Assembly (NCBI GenBank): GCA_009845545.1
Contig: VXZK01000018.1
Location: forward strand, 1 to 46,986
DNA from: Candidatus Poribacteria bacterium
Lineage (GTDB): Bacteria; Poribacteria; WGA-4E; WGA-3G
Length of the DNA: 46,986 nucleotides
Reading direction: 5' to 3'
A program made the translations under genes and the position numbers. This document shows positions 17,574 to 26,927 of the stretch, in pieces. The stretch's first letter is position 1. The number at the start of each line of letters is the position of its first letter. Under the pieces are notes generated by a model. The model saw only the letters and a list, made by a program, of their open reading frames with translations. It had not been told where the DNA came from and did not search any database.

Positions 17574-18776
17574 CTACAACCGATCAACTGTGTATGCTTC
17601 TAACAACGCTTCGTCCAAGTCTACACCGAACCCCGATGCATCGTTGAGAGTGAAAAACCCATCGTGAGGCACAGGTCGTAAACGGCGATAGAGTTCGTTT
17701 TCAACGCCATCGCGGGAGGGACCGAAGGTCTCTGCCATACACGGCATCGGGAGACATGCTGTGAGATGTAAGCCCCACGGTGTTCCCGCTTGATGCAACC
17801 ATGTTGGGATATTGAGTTCAGCGGCTTCGTTGGCAATCCGCAGACATTCCGTGAAACCACCCGCCCAACTAATGTCGGGTTGAATCATATCCGCTGCTTT
17901 CCAACGTAACAACTCACGAAACCCGTATCGCGTGAATTCATGTTCACCAGAAACGATCCAAGTCGATTGGACATTTTGGACGAGTTGTGCCATGCCTGCA
18001 TAGTCGTCAAGTGGGATAGGTTCCTCAATCCATTTGAGACGGACATTAGAGGCTTCCTCGGCAAAACGGAGCGTGTAGTCTACATTCCAACGGAGATAGA
18101 TGTCTGCCATCAGTTCCACCTCTGTCCCGATAGCATCCCGCGCAGCGTGTATCATCTCAACGTTTTCTGTGAATCCATCTTCACCTTCGGCGAGTCCATT
18201 GCGGAGCGGTAGCTTGCAAGCGGCGAATCCGTTCTCTGCGTAATAACCGACATCTGCACCTGTTGCATAAGCCGGAATTTTAAGGCACGGCGTCTCTGTT
18301 ACGAGACCGTAAACAGGCGCGTCTACAATTTTTCCACACAAATCAACGAGTGCGAGTTCTATACCGCTCAATGCGTAAATCACCAAACCGCGCCGTCCGT
18401 AAATTGAGGTGATATGATACAGATGTTCCCATATCTCCTCAACATCAAGGGGATCGCGTCCGATAACGAAGTGCTGAAGGTGTTTTTCAATAACCAACGC
18501 GCCAGCAAGTCCGCCACCGCCGAGGCCGTACCCTTTCAAGCCCTTATCGGTCGTTATTTCTACGATTAACGCCCCTGCTTGCGTTGCGAAGGGACCACGC
18601 CAGTCAACGTGCGCTGTCTGGGTCGCAGGTTTCTGCCACTGTCCTTTGGTAAATCCTAAACCGGGCATTGCGCGAGGGTTCAGATTAACGTGCCATGTCC
18701 GGATTCCAGTAACAGTATGTTGGGTTTTTGCCCGTTCTTTCCACATAGCCGTGAGATTATTTTCATTGGCGTGCAT
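17574..18776 (-). CDS. Mandelate racemase/enolase superfamily acid-sugar dehydratase (L-rhamnonate dehydratase-like)
   Basis: ALSGIELALVDLCGK, KIPAYATG, metal ligands in LMADIY, WIEEP and SGEHEFTRYGF, and QPDISWAGG. Confidence 0.85.
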   Translation of the reverse strand: MHANENNLTAMWKERAKTQHTVTGIRTWHVNLNPRAMPGLGFTKGQWQKPATQTAHVDWRGPFATQAGALIVEITTDKGLKGYGLGGGGLAGALVIEKHLQHFVIGRDPLDVEEIWEHLYHITSIYGRRGLVIYALSGIELALVDLCGKIVDAPVYGLVTETPCLKIPAYATGADVGYYAENGFAACKLPLRNGLAEGEDGFTENVEMIHAARDAIGTEVELMADIYLRWNVDYTLRFAEEASNVRLKWIEEPIPLDDYAGMAQLVQNVQSTWIVSGEHEFTRYGFRELLRWKAADMIQPDISWAGGFTECLRIANEAAELNIPTWLHQAGTPWGLHLTACLPMPCMAETFGPSRDGVENELYRRLRPVPHDGFFTLNDASGFGVDLDEALLEAYTVDRL

Positions 18777-18827
18777 GATGTAATTCCTTCAAAAGATTGG
18801 GTAGGTGTCGTTGCGATAGCTTATAGG

Positions 18828-20837
18828 TCACGATGGTAGTGCGAAATAACCGATGCCTGTGAACATCCCGACTATCATCCATAGTGCAACCATCACATAT
18901 TCACCGAAAATTAAGCCGAACGCGATTGGTCGAATCTTTCGATATGTCGAGGCACCACCAAATTTCAGTGCCATGTATTTAATGAACCACCCAATTAGAA
19001 TTGACGACCAGAGGTGGAACGGCGGATACGTTGCTCCCAAAAGATAGCCGATCGGATGTAAGGACCACCAGACGAAGTTCTGTCGCATCCAGAGCATAAA
19101 GCCAGTAAACCCCGCGCCAGCAATCATACTGTAGACCTCGCCCCACTTCGTCTCGATAGGGAATTGGATGAGATTGTTCATCCGTTGAAAATAGTTACGC
19201 GGCGCGACGACGAAGGACCAACTCTGTAAAAACAGCGCACCTTTGTCGTAAATCAGCGTCAATGAGGCATAAACAGAGATAAGAATTGCGGCGACAATTG
19301 CGATGCCCAAAATCGGCACAACGCGTCGGCGTGCGAGTTTCACCTCATCCGCTGCCTTGAAACTGTGCAGGAAATTCGGCATCATAAACTCGCCCCAATC
19401 ACGTAGAAACGTGCGTTGGAAACTTAGAATTGCGAGACTCTTATGCCCCAACGCATTGGAACCCAAGGTAATATCAATGTATTCTGAAGGAAAAAAAGGA
19501 GCCTGGACGAGCAACAATCCGCCGTTAACGACCATCCAAGACAGGACAATAGAGGTGATAAAGATAGAGAGCAGCGTCACGACCGCAACCCATGTTGTTA
19601 TACCTGCGATAGCTAAAAATATCACTAAGGTGATGAACCCGAAAAGAAATCCGAGCAGTGCGATACGATACGATACAGGTTCGTTGGAGTCGTCTATCGG
19701 TTGCCGCGCCAAAGCAGTGGAGGTTGTCCTTGCATGCCCGAGACCAAAGGTTTTCCTAAAGATTGTTGCAATATGTTCACGCCCGATCCAGAAAACAGCA
19801 GGGACAAAGATGAGATACCCGCCCATCACTTGACGGCTACAGCTAATCCACGGACCGATGTTCAGTCCCATCGCATTCATGATGATATATTGGAGTTTGA
19901 AAAAGAGGTAGAAGAACCAGAGGCTGAATGAGACTTCAAGTGTCAGTAAAGAAGCGATCCCGATAACTGAAAAATAGATGACGAACCGCATCGCGGGCCA
20001 CCATCCGAGTGTATGCCACGGTTTTTCAGTAAAGACGGTGTAGATATTATAAATCAGTGGAATTTCTGGCACCTTTGGAAAATGCGCGTGCAATCCGTTG
20101 ATTAGGTGCAGCACCACAGGCAGTGCCATCCCCGCCCAAAGGAGTCTGCTTTTGAAAAAGGTGTTGAGAAGTGTACCGCGTGCGGGTTCCGCAGCGAGTT
20201 GTATCGGAATTTGAATTAGGGGAAACGAAAAACGCTCACGTTCTACCCACTGCTTTCGGAGGATTGTTGAGAGGCAGAGCATTGTAAAATAGAAGACGAG
20301 GACGAAAAGTCCCCAAACGAGCAACGGTTTGATCCAGAACACCCAGGGCACACTTTCACCTGCAGAGATTCCTTCATAGAAATCTGTTACAGCCCGAGCA
20401 TCAGTGACAACGAGCCACTCTGGAATGTGCGGGTGGAGCGTTTCGGACCAATCGTTTTCGGTCGTTGCGAAGTATCGAAGAGCGACAAGGGAGGGCAGCA
20501 GAAATTGCAGCAACCCCATTGATGGAATGCCGACCGCCACGATTAACATCATCCAAATAACCGTCAATTCGAGTGCGGAGAAGGCAAAACGCTTGCTCCG
20601 CATGAACTTCCGCAACGGTACATTGACGAGAAAGACCAGAATGAGGAGTCCGAAGATTGAACCGACAGGGAGATGATTGCCTGCAATTTTGGTATTTTGT
20701 AGGAAATAGTTGTTGTAGGGTGTAATTGCGCACATTGCGCCTACTAAGAGCAGCCCCACGAGAATAGCAGGGAATCTAATTTTGGGGTGTACCCTGCTAG
20801 TTCCTCCAAAATTGTTCTTAAAAGTGTTAGCAGCCAA
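18828..20837 (-). CDS. DUF6785/DUF6784-type polytopic membrane protein (putative transporter)
   Basis: About 14-16 TM segments; motifs FATTENDW, ILRKQWVERERFSFPL, WWSLHPIGY and GLIFGEY. Paralogue of 35139-37031. TTG start is uncertain. Confidence 0.75.
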   Translation of the reverse strand: MAANTFKNNFGGTSRVHPKIRFPAILVGLLLVGAMCAITPYNNYFLQNTKIAGNHLPVGSIFGLLILVFLVNVPLRKFMRSKRFAFSALELTVIWMMLIVAVGIPSMGLLQFLLPSLVALRYFATTENDWSETLHPHIPEWLVVTDARAVTDFYEGISAGESVPWVFWIKPLLVWGLFVLVFYFTMLCLSTILRKQWVERERFSFPLIQIPIQLAAEPARGTLLNTFFKSRLLWAGMALPVVLHLINGLHAHFPKVPEIPLIYNIYTVFTEKPWHTLGWWPAMRFVIYFSVIGIASLLTLEVSFSLWFFYLFFKLQYIIMNAMGLNIGPWISCSRQVMGGYLIFVPAVFWIGREHIATIFRKTFGLGHARTTSTALARQPIDDSNEPVSYRIALLGFLFGFITLVIFLAIAGITTWVAVVTLLSIFITSIVLSWMVVNGGLLLVQAPFFPSEYIDITLGSNALGHKSLAILSFQRTFLRDWGEFMMPNFLHSFKAADEVKLARRRVVPILGIAIVAAILISVYASLTLIYDKGALFLQSWSFVVAPRNYFQRMNNLIQFPIETKWGEVYSMIAGAGFTGFMLWMRQNFVWWSLHPIGYLLGATYPPFHLWSSILIGWFIKYMALKFGGASTYRKIRPIAFGLIFGEYVMVALWMIVGMFTGIGYFALPS

Positions 20838-20882
20838 GCGTGTAGGTGTCTCCCATTCTTGTTATAGGTTCAAACGTTCTTC

Positions 20883-22343
20883 TCAATCCTCGTCTCTTAG
20901 CGAAGGCTGATAGAGACAGGTTTCCGCATCAACGATCCGTCCATCAGGTAGTGTGTACTGATTGGGGGTGCCTCTGCCCCACGGCTCCTTGAAATCTTGG
21001 CTTCGGACTTTATCTGCTGCCATCTGTTCAGCGACAGATTCCCATGAGAAGCCATCCATGAGCTGCGCGTGAAGGGCCGCTTCTAATTCCTTATATTCTT
21101 CTTGTCCTGATAGGTTCTCAAACTCATCTGGGTCTGTCTCCAGATCGAAGAGGATGGATTCATCTTCAGGGAAGGCGACATACTTATAGCGCGGGGTTCG
21201 GAGCATACGCATTGGACCTGTCGTCTGATTTGCCCAGTATTCGGTGATTGCGGTGTCGCGCCAACTTTCGGTGTCCCCCGACATAAGATTCGTTAGATCA
21301 TCGCCATCCAAACCTGCAGGGATAGGGATGCCTGCTCTGGCGCATAACGTCGGGAAGAGATCGTTTAGCTCGACAGGTGCTGTTATGCGTGCGCCGTGTG
21401 ATTGCTGGAGCTGCCTGTCCGATATGATTAGCGGGACTCGCGCTGCGGCTTCGTAGTAGCTGGATTTCCACCACTGCCCGTGTTCGCCTGCCATCTCACC
21501 GTGGTCTGTAGTATAGACGATGATGGTGTTATCTAAAAAGCCGTCCCGTTCCAGAAGTGTGAGCAGATCTCCAAGGGTCTCGTCCAAGAATTCGCAACAG
21601 GCGTAATAAGCGGCTCTTGCTTTTCGGGCTTCTTCGGGTGGGATTTCCTCTGTGTTGAAGTTGTCCCGTAAGCCTTTCGCGAAGGGGTGTGTCTGTTCTA
21701 AGTGCCCGGGTGGAATGTTGGGCATATCGACATTATCGGGCCAATACTTATCCAGGAGTCGTTTGGGGGCTGTAAGAGGGAAGTGTGGACGACTGTAACT
21801 TGCGAGCAGGAACCACGGTTGTTCTGACGGTTGGGACCTTAAGTATTCCAGTGTCTCTTCGTTAATAACCCGCTCTTGCAGGAGACTCGTCGGGATTTCT
21901 GTGATGCCTGCGAGTCGTGTTCGTTGTCGTATGCGAGACGGCGGATTCAGTGGGTCTGTTTGGTGTCCAGCATAGCCGCGTAGATCGCCGTAGGGTCGAG
22001 ATTGGAAGCCGTTTTTCTGTTCTTTCCCACCGAAGTGCATTTTCCCGACGAGTGCGGTTGCGTAACCGTGCTGTGCGAAATGTGCGGGCATTGTGAGATG
22101 CTCAGGAAATAGGATGGATCCGTTATTCCACGCGGAGCAGCGATGTGCGTATTGCCCAGTTAGCATACACATCCGGGAGGGTGTGCAGAGCGGGACTTGG
22201 CAGTACGCGCCCTCAAAGTAGGTGCCAGATGCTGCAAGTTGATCGAGATTTGGGGTCTGAACAATAGAATTCCCTTCATACCCTATAGCGTGTGGACTGT
22301 GCTCATCACTCATTAAAAATAGAATATTCGGTTTTTGAGCCAT
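20883..22343 (-). CDS. Sulfatase (formylglycine-dependent, choline-sulfatase-like)
   Basis: KPNILFLMSDEH, CTPSR (CxPxR), GKMHF, RPHFP, TTDHGEMAGEHG; no signal peptide. Confidence 0.92.
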   Translation of the reverse strand: MAQKPNILFLMSDEHSPHAIGYEGNSIVQTPNLDQLAASGTYFEGAYCQVPLCTPSRMCMLTGQYAHRCSAWNNGSILFPEHLTMPAHFAQHGYATALVGKMHFGGKEQKNGFQSRPYGDLRGYAGHQTDPLNPPSRIRQRTRLAGITEIPTSLLQERVINEETLEYLRSQPSEQPWFLLASYSRPHFPLTAPKRLLDKYWPDNVDMPNIPPGHLEQTHPFAKGLRDNFNTEEIPPEEARKARAAYYACCEFLDETLGDLLTLLERDGFLDNTIIVYTTDHGEMAGEHGQWWKSSYYEAAARVPLIISDRQLQQSHGARITAPVELNDLFPTLCARAGIPIPAGLDGDDLTNLMSGDTESWRDTAITEYWANQTTGPMRMLRTPRYKYVAFPEDESILFDLETDPDEFENLSGQEEYKELEAALHAQLMDGFSWESVAEQMAADKVRSQDFKEPWGRGTPNQYTLPDGRIVDAETCLYQPSLRDED

Positions 22344-22410
22344 TAATTAAAAAATCTCCTTTAATTCCTTGTAGGACAAGGGGTTCCTACAACCTGCATT
22401 TAGAACATCT

Positions 22411-22771
22411 TTAGGTGCGCGGTACAGCATAAGCGTGAAAATCTACATCAAAAGGCAGCATTATGTCTGAATCTTTTTGAGCGAAGTGTTGAGAAAAATC
22501 AATAAACGTGAAACCCACTAACTCTTTCGTCTCTGGATGGAAACGCAGGATGACATCTTCGGTGTATTCAACGTAGTAGTCTGTCACATCTAAAATGAAG
22601 GGGATATGTTTCGGTATCGGGCGAGGGAACCTCGCCCCTACGAGGAATATAACCTATCAAGATAACGTTGACAGAACAGTAGTCAGTATGCTTGGGTGTC
22701 CCTTTTGTCACATAGAGTACATCTGCTTCCTGGTCATAGACCATCTTAAGCCTGTTTTTATTGGAATTCAT
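22411..22771 (-). pseudogene. DUF2283 family small protein (putative antitoxin) disrupted by a MITE
   Basis: Removing 22577-22682 gives an intact 84-aa ORF: MNSNKNRLKMVYDQEADVLYVTKGTPKHTDY|VEYTEDVILRFHPETKELVGFTFIDFSQHF...VPRT*, with DUF2283 hallmarks YDxEADxLY and xLVGFTF. Confidence 0.8.
22577..22678. mobile_element. 102-bp MITE with GTAG 4-bp target duplication and central REP
   Basis: GTAG at 22573-76 and 22679-82. TIRs TAGTCTGTCAC and (rc) TGTTCTGTCAA. REP GGGCGAGG-GAA-CCTCGCCC-CTAC at 22619-22641. Same end type as 3139-3238. Confidence 0.85.
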
Positions 22772-22847
22772 GGAATCTGCTTTTTCTTATAGGGAATACG
22801 GTAATCAGGATATGCCGCTATCTCTCATCGGAACATTCTTAAGCTCA

Positions 22848-22999
22848 ACGTGAGTTTGATAAATGTTGGACTTATGTAGCGTCCAGTGTTAATTTACGTC
22901 ATATACTGCACAAACTGGAAAGTTTGTGCTACAATTCACGCCTCTGTGATGCGAAAATAGAACTCACAACACATCCGAAATGATTAATCAAACTGGCGT
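22848..22999. mobile_element. 152-bp MITE with 8-bp target duplication (IS982-like ends) and central REP
   Basis: TAAGCTCA at 22840-47 and 23000-07. TIRs ACGTGAGTTTGATAAAT and (rc) ACGCCAGTTTGATTAAT (14/17 match). REP GCACAAACT-GGAA-AGTTTGTGC-TAC at 22908-22932. Confidence 0.82.
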
Positions 23000-23071
23000 T
23001 AAGCTCAATTTAGTTTACACGATTCATTGAGAATATGCAAGCAGAATCTCGGAGAAATCTGGACATGTTTA

Positions 23072-25075
23072 TCAATGGGGAGGTTTTGCTTTGCGCTTAG
23101 TAACTCCCATTGTGAATGCTGGTAGTACAGTCTCAGAAATGTCAAGGGAATAATCGAAAATTGTCCATCCAGAAGCACCTAAGTTACGCGACAAGTAAAT
23201 CTGCTCAATGACCGTATCTGGTGTCAGTAGCGAATTAGAGGCGGTTGCGCCGATCCCTGGATAGATGGCAACGTCTTTAGGCATTCGCGCGAGTTGGTTG
23301 GTTAACAGCTCCGTGAAATAGTCTGTATCTTCCGTATAGTTCATCGGACATACGAAATCGACATAACCTGCCTTCGCCCATGCGATCCAATCCTGTCCGA
23401 TGGTTGTGATACATCCTGGATACCAACCAAAGACGGCAGCAGAAATTTTGATTTTAGAGTCCGCTTTACGTAGCCGTTTATGGAGCAAGCGTACCAAGCG
23501 CGTAATCTGTTGCGCTCTCCATTCAATATACTTTTCGCTATGTGCCCCCGTTTTTGGCAAGACAGCGGCGGGCCATTCGTCAATCTGCAGTCGCGTTGCA
23601 AGCACAAATCTTTGACGACATCCGTCACAGTAGCAGGCGTGGCTTCCCGGATAGCGGATGTAATCGAGATGGATACCGTCCACATCATAATTCGTCACGA
23701 TTTCAAGACTACTGTCCAATTCCAGCAGCACATTTTTCGGATGCGAAGGGCAGAGCCAATTGAGTGCTTGACCGGTTGCGGAGACTTGGGTACGTTTCTC
23801 TGCTCGTATTTTTTCCACGAATTCTTTCGGCGCGCCTTCTAAATTCCACGTAATTTTCCAAACATGTACCTCTAAGCCGTGCGTGTGTGCGGCTTCAACG
23901 CATTGTGCAATCTGATCGCCGTATTGCGTAAAAGTTTTGCTCTGTGGCAAGATTTTACTCGGATAATGTGCGACACCTGCCCATGCCATGTTTGGCAGAA
24001 CTATGTTGACTCCTGCAGATGCTAATTCCTTAGCAGAGCGTTCCCAATCTCCGGGGTAGGCACCAAGTCCTGAGTGATTCCATACGGCGCGCCCTTCGGT
24101 TTCAACGCTTACGTGCGATAGGAAATAGGCTTTTGAGAGTTCCGCACGACTCGCCCGTGCTACTGTTATTGCCGTATTGTAAGCCTCAGCACTATACTCG
24201 GCACGCGCCCGTTTCATCAAATCTGTTCCTGTCTTTAACGCTTCATTCGCTTCGGGGACATCGCTGTGTTGGACAAATTGCTTTAGTTCAGTGAAATTCT
24301 TGGTGTGCCCAATGGTCGTCATCGCCGCTATCGCTTGTTCAGCAAAGGGACGCCGAAACTCAGGGACGAGATGCCCTAAGAGTGCAGCGAGCATCTGCAT
24401 CTTGCGCTGGATGTCGTCTGGCAGGAAAATATGACTAAAGAACACCCCTGACTTCCCTACAGATAGCGCCGGTAAACCCGTAGATTCTCCCTTTGCATTG
24501 TGCCAGTACCCGATAATTTTTGTATCGGGTGTTGTCGGTTTTGCTACTGTAACGTTCCATGATGCTTGCCTGATAGATACCGGCATATCAAGTATATCCG
24601 GTGCGTTCAGTTGAATTGAAGCAAAATGCCCAGGTGCTTCTTGTTTTAGCCAATCCGTTTGACGCAAGCCGAGGAGTGGTGCCACCGTATCGGATAAAGT
24701 ATAGGTTACGAAAAGTTTACCACCGTTTGCTATGAAATTCTTCAATAAACTCTCAGTTTGTGGTGCAATCACGGGGTTTAGTGGAAGAATAACCAAACGG
24801 CGAGATTTGAGTTGTGGTTCAGAGAGCGAAGCCTCTTCGAGTGTGTCAGCGGTTAACCCGATGCCGTTGAGCATCCGATTGAATCGTTTCGCGACAGAAC
24901 GTGCGTATTGAACATCACCTTCTGATACCTGAGGCGTTTTTTTCGGTAAGACAATCGCAATCTCCTGCTGATGCGCGAAAGCGAGGCTGAGCCCACTAAT
25001 ACACGAGAGTCGTAAGCAGAGAAAGATAACTATTGCGGCTACATAGGGTAGACGTTGACTGGCAAAAAGCATCAC
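23072..25075 (-). CDS. Glycoside hydrolase-like family 10 (GHL10/DUF187) secreted protein
   Basis: N-terminal signal/TM segment; C-terminal barrel with EGRAVW, GLEVHVW, WLCPSHP, YDVDGIHLDYIRYP, GQDW and DFVCPMNY. Confidence 0.85.
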   Translation of the reverse strand: MMLFASQRLPYVAAIVIFLCLRLSCISGLSLAFAHQQEIAIVLPKKTPQVSEGDVQYARSVAKRFNRMLNGIGLTADTLEEASLSEPQLKSRRLVILPLNPVIAPQTESLLKNFIANGGKLFVTYTLSDTVAPLLGLRQTDWLKQEAPGHFASIQLNAPDILDMPVSIRQASWNVTVAKPTTPDTKIIGYWHNAKGESTGLPALSVGKSGVFFSHIFLPDDIQRKMQMLAALLGHLVPEFRRPFAEQAIAAMTTIGHTKNFTELKQFVQHSDVPEANEALKTGTDLMKRARAEYSAEAYNTAITVARASRAELSKAYFLSHVSVETEGRAVWNHSGLGAYPGDWERSAKELASAGVNIVLPNMAWAGVAHYPSKILPQSKTFTQYGDQIAQCVEAAHTHGLEVHVWKITWNLEGAPKEFVEKIRAEKRTQVSATGQALNWLCPSHPKNVLLELDSSLEIVTNYDVDGIHLDYIRYPGSHACYCDGCRQRFVLATRLQIDEWPAAVLPKTGAHSEKYIEWRAQQITRLVRLLHKRLRKADSKIKISAAVFGWYPGCITTIGQDWIAWAKAGYVDFVCPMNYTEDTDYFTELLTNQLARMPKDVAIYPGIGATASNSLLTPDTVIEQIYLSRNLGASGWTIFDYSLDISETVLPAFTMGVTKRKAKPPH

Positions 25076-26553
25076 TTGTTCCTCTCAACACCCTTAGCGA
25101 CAAATCTTAGGCTTTGTACTTTAGCAAAAGGCGTTTCCCCGGTCTTCCCTAAAAACTTATCAACGCCTTGTGCGATAGCGGCGGCAATTTTATGCTGATA
25201 CGCTGATGTTGTGAGTTTCCGTCCTTCCACTGGATTTGACACAAATCCGGTCTCAATGAGAATAGCAGGCACCTTTGTTCCGATCAAAACCACAAAACGA
25301 GCGTGCTTGACCCCACGGTCAACCGCTCCTGTGTTCTGTACCAATGTATCCTGTACATGCCTTGCCAAGCGTTTGCTATCCTCACTTTTGCTTTCCCGTA
25401 TCAATCCGTCCAACAATGTCTCCAATTCTTGGATACTATAGCCGGAGTTTATATTCTCTCGTGCTGCGATTTTTTCTGAGGCTTTGTCCGTACTGTTGAC
25501 ATCCAGATAGTAGGTTTCGATTCCGTTGGCTCTCGAACTGTCAGCTGCATTGGCATGGATGCTTAGGAAAAGGTCTGCTTTATGTTGCGTCGCGAATTCG
25601 GTACGTTTTTTGAGTGGAATAAAATGATCGGTCTCGCGTGTCATCAGAACTGTGTAGCCCTTTGCTGTTAAGACCTCGCGAAGTTTGTGTGAGATACTGA
25701 GAACAATACCTTTCTCTCCAAGATTACTACTTCCGAGTCCTCCTGGGTCTTTCCCGCCGTGTCCGGGGTCGATAACAATCGTCTTCGCGGTTAACCCAAA
25801 TTCTCGCGTTAACGATTTTGGGACTAAAGGCTCAGGATCCGTAATCGGTGCTGCGGATTTTGGTTGCTTTGCTTGCTGTGGTTGAGTCCGCTGTTGTGGT
25901 TGTATTTGAATATTTTCTTTAGCGGGTGGAGCAGCAGGTTTGGGTTGTGTCTTGAGTATTTGTAGTTCTTTAGCGGCAACATCGCCAATTTCCTGATTTA
26001 TTGAAGAATCAACAAGGCTTTTATAGGACGTTTCAGCGCGTGTGCCATATCCTTGCCTTGCATACGCACGTGCCAATTCCAACTTGGCAGGCTCAGATAC
26101 TTGGGAATCCGGATAACGGTTCCCGACGAGTTGGTATTGCATGATAGCCTGAGAATCGTCGTTGATATAATCGTAGCAACGTCCTAACCAGTAGTGAGCC
26201 AGTGGTCTGTATGTTGAGTTAGGATAGGTGTGAATTAGTTTTCGGAGTGCTTTAATCGCCTGTTGCGGGGCTTCGGTGTCCCCAACCTTGATGCTCCACA
26301 TCCAACTTGAGGCGATTGCGTATTGGGCATCATCTGCTGACGGTCCCTGGATATCTACATCAATAACCTTTTGGAACTCTGAAACAAGGGCACGCCACTC
26401 GGCAGCAGTGGCACGCGTTGTCCCGGTTGCATACGCATGATGGCGCAGTGAAGCCTCTTCATATAACGAAACCTCTTTATAACCTGACATGCTCACACAA
26501 CCAGGCAATATTGCCAGAAAAAGTCCCAGCAGACAAAAACGACACATTTTCAT
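25072..26553 (-). CDS. N-acetylmuramoyl-L-alanine amidase (Amidase_3) lipoprotein with N-terminal TPR (BamD-like) domain
   Basis: Lipobox-like LAILPG-C, TPR repeats (ADDAQYAIA, AHYWLGRCY, AKLELARAY), P/Q-rich linker, and Zn/catalytic motifs VIDPGHGG, EKGIVL, SIHANA and LIETGF. Confidence 0.9.
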   Translation of the reverse strand: MKMCRFCLLGLFLAILPGCVSMSGYKEVSLYEEASLRHHAYATGTTRATAAEWRALVSEFQKVIDVDIQGPSADDAQYAIASSWMWSIKVGDTEAPQQAIKALRKLIHTYPNSTYRPLAHYWLGRCYDYINDDSQAIMQYQLVGNRYPDSQVSEPAKLELARAYARQGYGTRAETSYKSLVDSSINQEIGDVAAKELQILKTQPKPAAPPAKENIQIQPQQRTQPQQAKQPKSAAPITDPEPLVPKSLTREFGLTAKTIVIDPGHGGKDPGGLGSSNLGEKGIVLSISHKLREVLTAKGYTVLMTRETDHFIPLKKRTEFATQHKADLFLSIHANAADSSRANGIETYYLDVNSTDKASEKIAARENINSGYSIQELETLLDGLIRESKSEDSKRLARHVQDTLVQNTGAVDRGVKHARFVVLIGTKVPAILIETGFVSNPVEGRKLTTSAYQHKIAAAIAQGVDKFLGKTGETPFAKVQSLRFVAKGVERNK

Positions 26554-26678
26554 AATGTTTCTCCTCTTACCCGATATTTTGTTGTTTATTTATTTTGTAT
26601 ACCATAAAATAAAACGAAATATTTCCTTTTTTCGTTACTAAATTGTGCTATTACGATAGCGATCAGCAGTCAGTGAAG

Positions 26679-26840
26679 ATCGCGAGCGTGAAGAGACACC
26701 CAAGCAAACACTTGCTCCTACAGTGAAGGCAATCGCACCGGATCGTGAGCACAGCTTGCTCCTACAGTGAAGGCAATCGCACCGGATCGCGAGCACAGCT
26801 CGCTCCTACAGCGGAAGGGTCGGGATACTGAATGGCTCTG
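26679..26840. repeat. Tandem REP array with 44-bp period
   Basis: GCTCCTACAG at 26714, 26758 and 26802, with identical linkers TGAAGGCAATCGCACCG. The first unit has an enlarged loop. Followed by ACTGAATGGCTCTG, also seen (one mismatch) after the 3384 copy. Confidence 0.8.
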
Positions 26841-26927
26841 ATCAACTGCATTTCCGTGTTGACTCACATTATTATCTATGCTAAACTGACATTTCACAAC
26901 TGATTCTGAATATGATGGAAGGCACCG

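Larger units (their letters stand above)
15467..17575 (-). pseudogene. BNR/Asp-box beta-propeller protein, 5'-truncated and split by two insertions
   Basis: Asp-box motifs SEDGGETW, STDVGQHW, SSDGGETW and SVDGGDSW lie in three frames. Removing 17148-17262 and 16261-16706 joins them in frame (QHWTPL|NGLAGKRIY and EGKPSI-F-HTSTAGN). Confidence 0.8.

Noticed and set aside
22369-22392. TTGTAGGA/TCCTACAA hairpin as a regulatory site of the sulfatase operon
   Set aside because: Cannot be distinguished from a degenerate REP or terminator; single occurrence.
26711-26811. Possible CRISPR array
   Set aside because: The intervening sequences are identical and only about 17 bp long, the repeat is a GTAG-REP also found singly at 3384, and no cas genes are present.
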